Origin: Verrucomicrobiota bacterium
GTDB lineage: Bacteria; Verrucomicrobiota; Verrucomicrobiia; Limisphaerales; SXQI01
Reading direction: 5' to 3'
DNA length: 64,000 nt
NCBI GenBank assembly: GCA_033762115.1
Contig: JANRLX010000071.1
Span: 14,974-78,973, forward strand
Shown: in pieces, positions 24,451-34,153 of the stretch
How the letters are laid out: every line of letters starts with the position of its first letter
How positions within the stretch are numbered: the stretch's first letter is position 1
Translations under genes and position numbers: made by a program
Notes under the pieces: generated by a model
What the model saw: the letters and a program-made list of their open reading frames with translations, nothing else
What the model was told of the DNA's origin: nothing
The model's database searches: none

Positions 24451-26331
24451 ATGAAAAAGCAATCGAACAGCAACTGGTTATTTTCCATCGTGGGCATCTT
24501 CGTGATGCTGGTGATCCTGGTGGCGGTTTATGTGATCTCCAGCGCCGCAGCGGTGCGAGTTGACCTCACAGAGGAAAATCTTTACACCCTTTCGCAAGGC
24601 ACAAAAGACATCCTGAAAAAGTTGGACACCCCAGTCGAACTTCGCTTTTACAGCACGCAGGGGAAGGAGATGCCGGTTGAATTAAAAACCTACGCGCAAC
24701 GTGTGGAGGATCTGCTGAATGAATATCGAAAAGCCGCGAATGGCCAGCTGATCGTTAAGAAGTTTGACCCCCAACCTGACTCCGACGCTGAAGAGGCTGC
24801 GTCTTTTGACGGCGTTGAAGGGCAGCAGATTAATTTTGGGGAGAAAATTTATTTGGGCATTGCAATCAACATGCTCGATTCAAAGCTGGCGCTTCCGTTC
24901 CTTGATCCACGCCGGGAACGTCTGCTGGAATACGATCTCACTCGCGCAATCGCCAATGTTTCCAATCCCAAAAAACCGATCATCGGGGTCATGAGCGGCC
25001 TGCCGGTTTTTGGTGAATTCAATCCCATGGCAATGAGGATGGGCCAGGGTGGGCAGTCCAGCCCCTGGGTTTTCATTAGTGAACTGAAGCGGGACTTCGA
25101 GGTCAGGGAAGTGCAAATGACGAGTGAGAAAATTGATGATGACATCCAGGCTCTTGTGGTGGTGCATCCCAAAAACATCAGCGAGAAGACGCAGTACGCG
25201 ATCGACCAATTTGTGCTTCGCGGCGGAAAGCTGATTACTTTTCTTGATCCCTATTCAGTTGTCGATAGCAACAGCAGCCCCGGGCAAAATCCAATGCAGG
25301 CTGCCGCTTCCGGCGGCTCCAACATGGAAAAACTGCTGAAAAGCTGGGGCCTGCAATATGATCCGGGAAAAGTCGTGGCAGACATGGTTTTCCGCACCCG
25401 GATCAACCGGGGCCAGCGTCCCGAGGAAGCTCCGGCTGTGCTTTCCCTGACGGGGGAAGCTGTGAATACCAACGATGTTGCAACGAGCCAGATTGATACA
25501 CTACTGCTCCCCTTCTCGGGCGCGTTCAGCGGAACTCCCGCAGAAGGGTTGACACAAACCGTCCTGATTCATTCGAGTTCACAAAGCCAGTTGGTGGATC
25601 GTTTCATGGCTCAATTTTCCGGCGAACAAACGATGAAGGATTTTTCCTCCTCAGGTAAGGAGCTGGCACTGGCTGTGCGTTTGAATGGGAAGTTCAAAAC
25701 AGCGTTCCCTGAAGGTGTTCCCGCCGGGGAGAGCACCCAGGACACGAATGCTCCCGCAGGTCTGAAGGAAGGAAGCAAGGAGGGAGTCGTTGTGCTGATC
25801 GCTGATTCCGATCTCCTTTTTGATCAATTTGCCGCCCAGGTGCAGGAGGTTTTTGGCCAGCGGCTGGTCATTCCCCGCAATGGAAACCTGAACCTTATCC
25901 AAAATCTTGTTGAACAATTGAGCGGCGACCCAAGCCTGATCACGATTCGCAGCCGGGCAACGCAGAACAGGCCGTTCACCCGCGTCAGGGAAATGCAGGC
26001 TTCCGCTGAGGAAAAGTTCCGCAAAACGATTGCTGACCTGGAAAAAAACCTGGCTGACACGCAGGCACGGCTAAACCAGCTTCAACAAAACAAGGATAGT
26101 GGCCAGCGTTTTATCCTCTCGCCGGAACAGCAGCAGGAACTGGAAAAATTCCGGAAAACACAAATGGAGGTGCGCCGTGAACTGAAGAATGTGCGCAAAA
26201 ATTTGCGGCGCGAAGTCGAATCGCTCGAAAACAATTTAAAATGGATCAATATCGCAGGAATGCCTCTTCTCGTGACGTTCTCCGGGGTGGCGCTTGCATT
26301 GGTTAAACGAAAAAGAACTGCGGCAAAATGA
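24451..26331 (+). CDS. GldG-family ABC auxiliary component
   Basis: VDLTEENLYTLSQGT, LEYDLTRAI, IDQFVLRGG; N- and C-terminal TM, C-terminal coiled coil. Confidence 0.88.
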   Translation: MKKQSNSNWLFSIVGIFVMLVILVAVYVISSAAAVRVDLTEENLYTLSQGTKDILKKLDTPVELRFYSTQGKEMPVELKTYAQRVEDLLNEYRKAANGQLIVKKFDPQPDSDAEEAASFDGVEGQQINFGEKIYLGIAINMLDSKLALPFLDPRRERLLEYDLTRAIANVSNPKKPIIGVMSGLPVFGEFNPMAMRMGQGGQSSPWVFISELKRDFEVREVQMTSEKIDDDIQALVVVHPKNISEKTQYAIDQFVLRGGKLITFLDPYSVVDSNSSPGQNPMQAAASGGSNMEKLLKSWGLQYDPGKVVADMVFRTRINRGQRPEEAPAVLSLTGEAVNTNDVATSQIDTLLLPFSGAFSGTPAEGLTQTVLIHSSSQSQLVDRFMAQFSGEQTMKDFSSSGKELALAVRLNGKFKTAFPEGVPAGESTQDTNAPAGLKEGSKEGVVVLIADSDLLFDQFAAQVQEVFGQRLVIPRNGNLNLIQNLVEQLSGDPSLITIRSRATQNRPFTRVREMQASAEEKFRKTIADLEKNLADTQARLNQLQQNKDSGQRFILSPEQQQELEKFRKTQMEVRRELKNVRKNLRREVESLENNLKWINIAGMPLLVTFSGVALALVKRKRTAAK

Positions 26332-27548
26332 ATCGTAAACAACTCATCACGCTGCTGCTGGTCGGCCTTGTCATTGGCGGCATCGGTTATACGACATACC
26401 AGGGCCGGCGAAATGCGTTTCAGACTTCTGATACCCAGCTTGGAAAAAAATTGATCCCCGACTTCCCCTTGAACGATGTGGCGCATGTTCGAGTGGTGCA
26501 GGCTGGCGGGGAGTTGAACCTGGTGAAGCAATCAGACTTCTGGACTGTCAGGGAACGTTGGAATTATCCCGCGAATTACGGCGAAATCAGTGAGTTGCTT
26601 CGCAAAGTCTGGGAATTAAAACCGATCCAAGCGGTCAAGGTCGGCCCGAGCCAGATCGGTCGATTGGAGCTGAATACTCCCGGCACCAACCAGCAGAACA
26701 GTGGCACCCTGGTGGAATTCAAGGACAAGGGAAGCTCCACCCTGAAGTCGCTGCTCCTGGGGAAACCTTACGTGCGGCAATCGGAACAATCCTCCCCCAT
26801 GGGCGGCGGTGATTTTCCCGTTGGACGTTACGTGATGGTGCCCGGAGGCAACTCCAATGTCTGGCTGATCAACGATCCTTTATCCAATGTTGAGACAAAT
26901 CCTGCGGATTGGATCAGCAAGGATTTCTTCAAGGTGGAGAAATTAAAGTCGATTGCAGTGAACCATGCCATTGAAACAAATTCATGGCGGCTCTTTCGCG
27001 AAACTGAAGGTGGCGAGTTGAAACTGGCTGACACAAACGCCAATGAGCAACTGGACACAGGCAAAGCATCCGGCGCAGGTTTTGCCCTCTCCTCACCCAG
27101 CTTTAATGACGTGGCGGCCCCTGAAACCAAGATCGAAACCATTGGTACAAATTCCCCCGTTTCCGCCCGTTTGGAAACATTCGAAGGATTTGTCTACCAG
27201 GTGAAAGTGGTGCAATCGACCAATAATGAAAATTATCTCCTCTCAATGAACGTTGAAGGCACCTTTCCCGCGGAGCGCGCCCCCGGCAGCGACGAGAAGC
27301 CCGAAGACAAGGAGAGGCTGGATAAGGAGTTTTCGGAGAAGCAAAAGAAGCTGAAGGAAAAACTCGCCAATGAGAAAAAATTCACAAACTGGATTTATCT
27401 TGTGAGCAAGTGGACAATTGATCCTGTTTTAAAGACCCGCAGCGATCTGCTTGCCGTCAAGAAAGAGGAAAACCCTGCCGGGGATACAGGAGCCTCAGTC
27501 ATACCGGAAAACACACCGCCTTTGATTGATCCATTAAAAGCAGAATAA
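26328..27548 (+). CDS. DUF4340-like membrane-anchored protein
   Basis: N-terminal TM, W.V...YPA motif, usual fourth position in GldA/F/G operons; overlaps upstream stop. Confidence 0.75.
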   Translation: MNRKQLITLLLVGLVIGGIGYTTYQGRRNAFQTSDTQLGKKLIPDFPLNDVAHVRVVQAGGELNLVKQSDFWTVRERWNYPANYGEISELLRKVWELKPIQAVKVGPSQIGRLELNTPGTNQQNSGTLVEFKDKGSSTLKSLLLGKPYVRQSEQSSPMGGGDFPVGRYVMVPGGNSNVWLINDPLSNVETNPADWISKDFFKVEKLKSIAVNHAIETNSWRLFRETEGGELKLADTNANEQLDTGKASGAGFALSSPSFNDVAAPETKIETIGTNSPVSARLETFEGFVYQVKVVQSTNNENYLLSMNVEGTFPAERAPGSDEKPEDKERLDKEFSEKQKKLKEKLANEKKFTNWIYLVSKWTIDPVLKTRSDLLAVKKEENPAGDTGASVIPENTPPLIDPLKAE

Positions 27549-27558
27549 CCCACGCAAT

Positions 27559-28029
27559 CTACCAGCGTTTCAGGGTTTTCCCCAGCAGATAAACCAAGGC
27601 AAGACCCAGCGCCCCACCAACCGTATCGATCACCACGTCCAGCGGGGACCCAAGCCTGCTTGGCACAAAGGCCTGGTGCAACTCATCCGTGCAGGCATAA
27701 AGTGCGGTCACCAACAAGGCGAACCGCGCGTCTGCATTGGACCATCCAACCTGTTGTCGGGGAACTGCATTTCGTTTTGCACGCCAAACCAGCAGGGCCA
27801 GAATTGCATAACCGACCAAATGCCCTGCTTTGCGAACCAGTAGCTGGACCGTGGCAATTGCCTCATCACTAACCTCAGGGTTGAACCAGCGAAGGAATGG
27901 CCCGATAATACGCGAAGTCCGCCTTACTGAGCCAAGGTCAGTGGAAGCGGAAAAGATAAGGGACATCCAGATAATAACAGGAAGCCAGTACCGGATGAAG
28001 AGCGCTGCAGACACGCGGCAATAAAGCAA
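27559..28029 (-). CDS. VanZ family membrane protein (start uncertain)
   Basis: VRKAGH..YAIL and YACTDELHQAFVPSR..DVVIDTVG motifs. Confidence 0.85.
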   Translation of the reverse strand: MLYCRVSAALFIRYWLPVIIWMSLIFSASTDLGSVRRTSRIIGPFLRWFNPEVSDEAIATVQLLVRKAGHLVGYAILALLVWRAKRNAVPRQQVGWSNADARFALLVTALYACTDELHQAFVPSRLGSPLDVVIDTVGGALGLALVYLLGKTLKRW

Positions 28030-28099
28030 ACAGCCGCAAAGTGATGCAATCCAATTCGATTGCTAATCAGCCTCTTCTCTGGCAAGGAACATTTGTAGC

Positions 28100-29635
28100 A
28101 TGAAATTTTTATTGGGAAGAATCACATTCATTGCCTGGCTTGCCGTCGCTTCATTCGGGGCGGAACAAGCCACAAACTCATTGCTATTGGGATGGCATTT
28201 TGCCGGTGGGGATGGAATTCGAAAACAGGAAAACCTGAAAACACTCAATGAGGTGTGGAACCTGCCTGAGTCTGAAAGTCTGCGAGGAAAACTTTTGGAC
28301 CATTTTGCCGATTATGCGGCAAAGCGTGCGCGAACCAATCAGGCTGCCCTTCTTGTCCGTCCCATGCTGGAGCATTTGCTGCAATATGAATCAATATTTG
28401 AGTTGCGCGGCCAATCGCCTGATTCAATGCAATGGGGCTTCGCGGTAAAAATTCCCGAGTCGAAACGAAATGTCTGGAAAGAAAACCTTCGCAAGCTCGC
28501 CAGCCTGACTGAATTGGGAGCTCCCCAGGTCATAACTCGCAACGACATCAAGGGTCAGAAATGGGGTAAAAATGAATACAACCTTTATCTGGTGGAAGAT
28601 GGGGATTGGATCGTCGTTTCGGGTGGAGAAAAATCGGAACCTTCCACTCTCGCAACCTTTAAAGACACAGGTAAACCATTTACTGAATCTCAACTCCTTA
28701 TCCTGCAAGCTGACCTGCCTGGTCTGGCCCGATGGAATCGCCGCACAAATGACGCGCTTCCGCAGGTTGCTTTGGAAGCATCAGGACGTGCTGAAAACGT
28801 TCGTTCAGAAATGAAACTGCGGTTTGCCGAGTCAACCAAACTCCAGGTCACTCCATGGAAAATCCCGACGAATACAATTCGTGCCCCACTTGCCTCATTA
28901 ACCGCCATCCAGGGAATTGCCCCTCTCCTGGACCAGCAGCCCTGGTTCAAATCTCTCGGGATTCAGCCAAGCCCAAACCAGTTGTTTATCTGGTCAGAAG
29001 CCACAACTCTTTTTTCATTCTTCGCCGCCTGGGAAACCAAAAATCGTGATGAAATTTTGGCCTCACTGGCGGAAAAAGTTCCACAGTTGAACACCAACCT
29101 TCAAAAACGTTTCATCGGGCAGGCGGAGTTCAATACCAGGCAGGAGGCCCTGATCTGGCGCGGATTGCCGGTGATTGTTCCTTTTCTAAAAAAGGCGCAG
29201 GATGAAAATTTTATGGTCGCCGGGCTGTTTCCCACTTCCAATCCTTCAACCAATCCCCCGCCTCAGGAACTTATGCAACAACTGCTCAATCGAAAGGACC
29301 TTTTCTATTATGATTGGGAAGTCACCGAAAGCCGACTGGCCCAAATTCGGCCGATCTCGCAATTAAAAATGCTCGCGACCGGGTTCGACCTGCCCTCGCC
29401 TAACAGCATTGCGTTGCGGTGGTTGCTGGCGATTCAACCCAGGTTGGGCAATACCATTACTGAAGGCACCCTGTCGGGTGACAAGGAACTCACGCTTAGC
29501 AGAAAATCTCACATCGGTTTCAATTCCCTGGAGCTGTGGAATCTGGCCCATTGGATTGAAAGCGAGCAATTTCCCCACGCCCCAAAACCGAAAGCCCCCA
29601 CACGGCTGCCAATGGCTCCAGTGCCAGCTCCCTGA
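28100..29635 (+). CDS. Exported hypothetical protein
   Basis: 511-aa ORF with signal peptide; stop is 1 nt before pdxJ start. Confidence 0.75.
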   Translation: MKFLLGRITFIAWLAVASFGAEQATNSLLLGWHFAGGDGIRKQENLKTLNEVWNLPESESLRGKLLDHFADYAAKRARTNQAALLVRPMLEHLLQYESIFELRGQSPDSMQWGFAVKIPESKRNVWKENLRKLASLTELGAPQVITRNDIKGQKWGKNEYNLYLVEDGDWIVVSGGEKSEPSTLATFKDTGKPFTESQLLILQADLPGLARWNRRTNDALPQVALEASGRAENVRSEMKLRFAESTKLQVTPWKIPTNTIRAPLASLTAIQGIAPLLDQQPWFKSLGIQPSPNQLFIWSEATTLFSFFAAWETKNRDEILASLAEKVPQLNTNLQKRFIGQAEFNTRQEALIWRGLPVIVPFLKKAQDENFMVAGLFPTSNPSTNPPPQELMQQLLNRKDLFYYDWEVTESRLAQIRPISQLKMLATGFDLPSPNSIALRWLLAIQPRLGNTITEGTLSGDKELTLSRKSHIGFNSLELWNLAHWIESEQFPHAPKPKAPTRLPMAPVPAP

Positions 29636-29636
29636 G

Positions 29637-30389
29637 ATGCTCAAGCTTGGCGTCAATATTGATCATGTTGCCACTCTTCGCGAGGCGAGGTACAGGGGGC
29701 GGGAACGGGGCGAACCTGACCCGATCGAGGCGGCCTTGATCTGCGAAGCGGCAGGCGCCCATGGTATCACCGCCCATCTCCGTGAGGATCGCAGACATAT
29801 TCAGGATCGGGATGTCTGGACGTTGCGCGAGGTGATCAAGTCACGCCTCAATCTTGAGATGGCAAATTCCCCTGAAATCCTTGAAATCGCTTTGCGGCTG
29901 AAACCGGATATTGTTTGCCTGGTTCCTGAAAAAAGGCAGGAACTCACGACTGAAGGGGGCCTCGATGTGGTTGGGCAGTTTGAATCTTTAAAACCCTCCT
30001 GCAAAAGGTTGATCGAACGCGACATTGAAGTCAGCCTCTTTATCGCGCCTGACCTGGAACAGGTTCAGGCCGCCGCCCGGCTGGGGGTTCAATTTATCGA
30101 GTTGCACACCGGTACCTTTGCGGAACATTTTAACCGGAAAAAAGACCGGGCTCATGAAGTGGAGCGACTGGTCAGTGCCGCCAATCTGGCTCACGAACTG
30201 GGGCTTCAGGTCAATGCCGGGCATGGCCTGAATTACCAGAACCTTCCGCTTCTTTTCCAGGTGCCACATCTTGTGGAATTGAATATCGGCCACAGCATCG
30301 TCAGCCGCGCCATGACCGTTGGGATGGCAATGGCTGTCAAAGAAATGCTTGTGGTGATGCAAGGCTACAGCAGCAAGGCAAACTCATGA
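29637..30389 (+). CDS. pdxJ: Pyridoxine 5'-phosphate synthase
   Basis: LGVNIDHVATLR, HLREDRRHI, TTEGG, NAGHGL, ELNIGHSI; start moved to ATG 29637. Confidence 0.96.
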   Translation: MLKLGVNIDHVATLREARYRGRERGEPDPIEAALICEAAGAHGITAHLREDRRHIQDRDVWTLREVIKSRLNLEMANSPEILEIALRLKPDIVCLVPEKRQELTTEGGLDVVGQFESLKPSCKRLIERDIEVSLFIAPDLEQVQAAARLGVQFIELHTGTFAEHFNRKKDRAHEVERLVSAANLAHELGLQVNAGHGLNYQNLPLLFQVPHLVELNIGHSIVSRAMTVGMAMAVKEMLVVMQGYSSKANS

Positions 30390-30766
30390 TTGTCGGCCTG
30401 GGCATTGATTTGGTTGAAGTCGAGAGGATACGAAAATCAATTGAAAAATTTCCGGAACGTTTCGCCAGCCGATTGCTTTCAGCCGACGAGCGGGCCTACT
30501 GTTTCAGCCACAAAGATCCGGCCATCCACATGGCTGCTCGCTTCGCCGCCAAGGAAGCGGTATCCAAAGCATTCGGCACCGGGATTGGATCGGAGCTTGG
30601 ATGGCAGGACATCGAAGTAGCCAAAGAGCTATCCGGCCAGCCTCTAATCCGCCTGCGCGGAAAAGCGGAAAAACTTGCGCAGCAGCGGCTGGTCAGGCGA
30701 ATTCACTTGAGCCTTACCCACACCTCGACCCACGCCGCTGCCGTTGCGGTCCTGGAATCTGACTGA
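30386..30766 (+). CDS. acpS: Holo-ACP synthase
   Basis: GLGIDLVE, RFAAKEA..KAFGTG, SLTH; classic pdxJ-acpS pair. Confidence 0.95.
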   Translation: MIVGLGIDLVEVERIRKSIEKFPERFASRLLSADERAYCFSHKDPAIHMAARFAAKEAVSKAFGTGIGSELGWQDIEVAKELSGQPLIRLRGKAEKLAQQRLVRRIHLSLTHTSTHAAAVAVLESD

Positions 30767-30784
30767 ATTCAACCGACAACCCGG

Positions 30785-31489
30785 TCACGCCTCACGCCAT
30801 TGAATGGCATGCTGCACCAGTTCGGTCGCATTTTTCAGGTTCAATTTTTCTTTAATATGCGCCCGATGAGATTCAATCGTCTTGATGCTCAAGTGCAGCT
30901 CCTCTGCAATCTGCCGGGTTCCATGTCCCTGGCCGATTAAACCGAAGACTTCCAATTCACGGTCGCTTAAATCCTCGATTGGGGAACCGGTGCGGGCGGT
31001 TCGGCCACCCACCAGCTGGTGCATCATTTTCTTTTCCATTCTCTCGCTCAGGTAGATTTCCCCTGCGATGACCTGCCGGATGGCAGTCAGCACTTTTTCA
31101 GTCGCTTCCTGCTTCATGATGTAACCGCCAGCCCCTGCGCGGAGCGCACGAACGGCATAAAGTGATTCATCATGCATGGACAAAACCAGCACCAGCATCT
31201 TTGGAAAACGAACCTTGATGTTCTTGAGCAGTTCGATGCCGTTGCTGCCTTTGAGGGAGATATCTGCCACCACGAGGTCAGGCTTCAACTTCTCGATGGC
31301 TTCAAGGGCCTTGTGGACATCCTCAGCTGTCCCAATGACCGAAAGGTCTTTTTCCTGGTTGATCATCTCCGCGAGCCCCTGCCGCACTATCGGATGGTCA
31401 TCGACCAGGAGGATTTTGGCTTTTCCCTTTTTGGCCCCCAATGAGGATGTATTGGATACAGTATCTTTTCTGCTGATTAGAGTTTCCAT
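30785..31489 (-). CDS. NarL/FixJ-family response regulator (REC + LuxR HTH)
   Basis: LVDDHPIVRQG, VADISL, LSDRELEV..SIKTIESHR. Confidence 0.93.
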   Translation of the reverse strand: METLISRKDTVSNTSSLGAKKGKAKILLVDDHPIVRQGLAEMINQEKDLSVIGTAEDVHKALEAIEKLKPDLVVADISLKGSNGIELLKNIKVRFPKMLVLVLSMHDESLYAVRALRAGAGGYIMKQEATEKVLTAIRQVIAGEIYLSERMEKKMMHQLVGGRTARTGSPIEDLSDRELEVFGLIGQGHGTRQIAEELHLSIKTIESHRAHIKEKLNLKNATELVQHAIQWREA

Positions 31490-31525
31490 GTAATAATAAG
31501 GTTTTTCGGTTTAGCAACGCTCTAC

Positions 31526-31810
31526 TTAACGATACGCACGCACGAATCGGATCAATCGCCACCCTTTCCAGAGCAGCGATGACAAACTAAAAAACTTTCG
31601 CCAGGGGGCCTTTAACACCAGGAACCCCAACCCGGCCAGAACCAGGGGCGATTTGAATAATCGCATCATTCGAAAACCGGTCCGGACGGGTCGCCCCATC
31701 TCCCGGCATGATGAAGCAAGCTGTTCACGCTGCACCGCACATTGGGTCACCAGCAGGGCCTTGCGGGCCTGCAATTCGATCAATGTCGGTTTCCTCTTTT
31801 TCTCGTTCAT
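31526..31810 (-). CDS. YqjK-like small protein
   Basis: Basic LxxRKxxL..QR.L N-terminus, hydrophobic C-half; last gene of the elaB-yqjE operon. Confidence 0.65.
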   Translation of the reverse strand: MNEKKRKPTLIELQARKALLVTQCAVQREQLASSCREMGRPVRTGFRMMRLFKSPLVLAGLGFLVLKAPWRKFFSLSSLLWKGWRLIRFVRAYR

Positions 31811-32205
31811 AGACGTGGAGTCGTCAATGAAAGGTGGTCCTTTTCCAACTCCTCCGCCGTCACAGAAAACAGCTTCGGTTTATTTTTCACGCTGTTCTTC
31901 ATGCTGATGACAGCCCAGGCGCCCACTCCCAGGTAAAGCAGCGCAAAGCCACCGAGCACATGCACCCGGTAGGCATCACTGACGAGGAAAACAATAAACA
32001 GGGTAAACAGGACCAGTCCGAAGCAAATTGAAAAGAGTGACACAACCATCAGGATGACCAATTTTTCCAACCACTCCCTCTGCTCCTCCAGTTCGGTTGA
32101 AATCAGTTCAACCCTGGTTTTTAATATGGCAACCCACGTGGCCAGGGTCCCCTTGATCCCATCCATGAAGCCATGCGAGCCTGCTTCGGTAGTTGCGGTT
32201 GCCAT
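31807..32205 (-). CDS. YqjE-like / phage-holin-superfamily membrane protein
   Basis: TRVELISTELEEQR, 2 TM, F..T.EEL.KD; start at ATG 32205. Confidence 0.8.
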   Translation of the reverse strand: MATATTEAGSHGFMDGIKGTLATWVAILKTRVELISTELEEQREWLEKLVILMVVSLFSICFGLVLFTLFIVFLVSDAYRVHVLGGFALLYLGVGAWAVISMKNSVKNKPKLFSVTAEELEKDHLSLTTPRL

Positions 32206-32207
32206 AA

Positions 32208-32468
32208 TCAACGACGTCCCATGATTAATCCGATGACCAAACCTACCCCGGCAGCTATCCCGACTGCCTGCCATGGCTTTTCATGCACATATTGATCGGC
32301 AGTTTCGGCAACCTCCACCGTTTTATCCTTCACCACTCCCTGCAACTCCTGCAACCTTGCCTTGCTCTGCTGCACGGTTTCTTCGATTTGCGACGCGAGC
32401 GAACGAATCTGCCCTGCGCTCCGCTGCAAAGTGTCCTTCATCTGGGATTCTGATGTTGTTGTGTTCAT
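32208..32468 (-). CDS. DUF883/ElaB/YqjD family tail-anchored protein
   Basis: DQYVHEKPWQAVGIAAGVGLVIGLIMGRR C-terminus. Confidence 0.9.
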   Translation of the reverse strand: MNTTTSESQMKDTLQRSAGQIRSLASQIEETVQQSKARLQELQGVVKDKTVEVAETADQYVHEKPWQAVGIAAGVGLVIGLIMGRR

Positions 32469-32485
32469 TCTCTCCTCCGGTTTGT

Positions 32486-32710
32486 TTAAGGAACCCGCCT
32501 CGTCCCGGAAAACAGAAGGACAGCCCCGCTCACAAGAAGAACACCTCCCAGGACAGGTGAAATAGGCATCGTTTTCCTGGTGTCGGCACTGGCCTTGATC
32601 GGCCCCGCATCAATGACTGTTTCTCTGGTGGTGTAACTGATTCCACCAAACAAAACTCCGATGGCACCGATTAGGATCAGGAGAATTCCTATTACAGTTG
32701 TCGCTCTCAT
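32486..32710 (-). CDS. Small 2-TM protein (DUF3185-like)
   Basis: GGISYTTRETVIDAGPIKAS between two TM helices. Confidence 0.75.
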   Translation of the reverse strand: MRATTVIGILLILIGAIGVLFGGISYTTRETVIDAGPIKASADTRKTMPISPVLGGVLLVSGAVLLFSGTRRVP

Positions 32711-32851
32711 GGGTTCGTCCAAGTTTTCCCTAAGACGAGATCAGAGTAGTGAACCATGGAAGCACATTAAATCGGGAACAGACCTGTTTGTGTAGCCGGA
32801 CTGAATCTTAAAAAAACCTAGTGTTTTCCCCGATGGATCAAAGCAGGAAAT

Positions 32852-34132
32852 TTATACGCTTCTTTTTGATCCCCAATGATTTAAATTAGATTCCAGGGGA
32901 TCAACCACCAAGCGTTGTTTACCTGTTTGTAGAAATTCGCCAATGAAATAAAGCGATCCTGTCACCAGGACCTGCCTGTGCCCCCTGACCTTGTTTAGTG
33001 CTTCATTGGCGGTTTCCGCGAGTTCCACTCTTGCTTTTGGATTTGCAAGGGCAACCAATTTTGCCAGAAAAGCCGGATCACTGCTGCGCTCATTCCGGAC
33101 TTTCACGCAACAGATTACATTTGCGAGCTGAGCCAGAGGCGGGATCATTCTTTCAACCGGTTTATCGTTCAGGATTCCGATAATTAAAGCCCGCTCAGCT
33201 GCGGTGGTGGAAAGGGTTCGGTTCACCGTCTCCACAAACGCCAGAACGCCTGCTTCATTATGAGCTCCATCAATGATCAATTCCTGACCCTCCTTCAGCT
33301 GGAGGTGCTCAAATCGGCCTTGCCACTCCACTGTGGCAAATCCCTGCCGAACAGCCTTCTCAGTTACAGGAAAAAGATGTTGAAGTGTTCGTACCGTTTG
33401 CAACGCCAGCGCCCCATTTTTCCGTTGATGGTTTCCTTGAAGATTAATTGAATAATCAAACTTCTCGATTTCTTCGGGAGAGACGATTTTTAACGGGGCC
33501 TCCATCTCATCGGCCTTTTTCCGAATGACTTCCAATACCTCTTCCCCGTCACATGCTGTGATCACGGGGACTCCTTTTTTGATAATACCGGCCTTTTCCT
33601 TCGCGATTTCCGGGAGGGTTTCTCCAAGCCATTTTGTGTGATCATACTGCACATTCGTAATCACGGAGGCGAGTGGAGTCACAATGTTCGTGGCGTCCAA
33701 TCGCCCTCCCAATCCCGTTTCCCAGATGACCAGATCACATTTCTTTTGCTGAAACCAGATCGCGGCCATGATGGTCACGACCTCGAAAAACGTGGGATGC
33801 TCGGAAAGCGCTCCGAGGTGCGGTTGAATCAACTCAACCAGTTCCGTGGTTTCGCCTTCGCTGATGAGGATGCGATTGCATTGCATTCTCTCCCGAAATG
33901 AAACCAGGTGCGGCGAAGTATAGAGCCCGACCTTCAACCCTGCCGCACGGTAAATGGATTCGAGCATGGCGCAGGTGGAACCTTTCCCGTTGGTTCCCGC
34001 GACATGGATGAAACGCAAACCCTCTTGAGGATTGCCTGCCGCTGCTGCGAGCATTCGGGTTCTTTCCAGCCCCATGCTGGTCCCGAACATCTGCAAATCG
34101 TAGAGCGACTGGATGGCTTCGGCGTAGGTCAT
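32852..34132 (-). CDS. folC: Folylpolyglutamate/dihydrofolate synthase
   Basis: HVAGTNGKGST, YTSPHL, ETGLGGRLDATN, DGAHN. Confidence 0.95.
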   Translation of the reverse strand: MTYAEAIQSLYDLQMFGTSMGLERTRMLAAAAGNPQEGLRFIHVAGTNGKGSTCAMLESIYRAAGLKVGLYTSPHLVSFRERMQCNRILISEGETTELVELIQPHLGALSEHPTFFEVVTIMAAIWFQQKKCDLVIWETGLGGRLDATNIVTPLASVITNVQYDHTKWLGETLPEIAKEKAGIIKKGVPVITACDGEEVLEVIRKKADEMEAPLKIVSPEEIEKFDYSINLQGNHQRKNGALALQTVRTLQHLFPVTEKAVRQGFATVEWQGRFEHLQLKEGQELIIDGAHNEAGVLAFVETVNRTLSTTAAERALIIGILNDKPVERMIPPLAQLANVICCVKVRNERSSDPAFLAKLVALANPKARVELAETANEALNKVRGHRQVLVTGSLYFIGEFLQTGKQRLVVDPLESNLNHWGSKRSV

Positions 34133-34153
34133 GCAGCGCCGATGAAAGATATT

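Noticed and set aside
27559..28029. vanZ as glycopeptide-resistance cluster
   Set aside because: Isolated VanZ-like genes are widespread; no van genes adjacent
31807..32205. Phage holin implying a prophage
   Set aside because: YqjE-like gene in a cellular elaB-yqjE-yqjK context; no phage genes nearby
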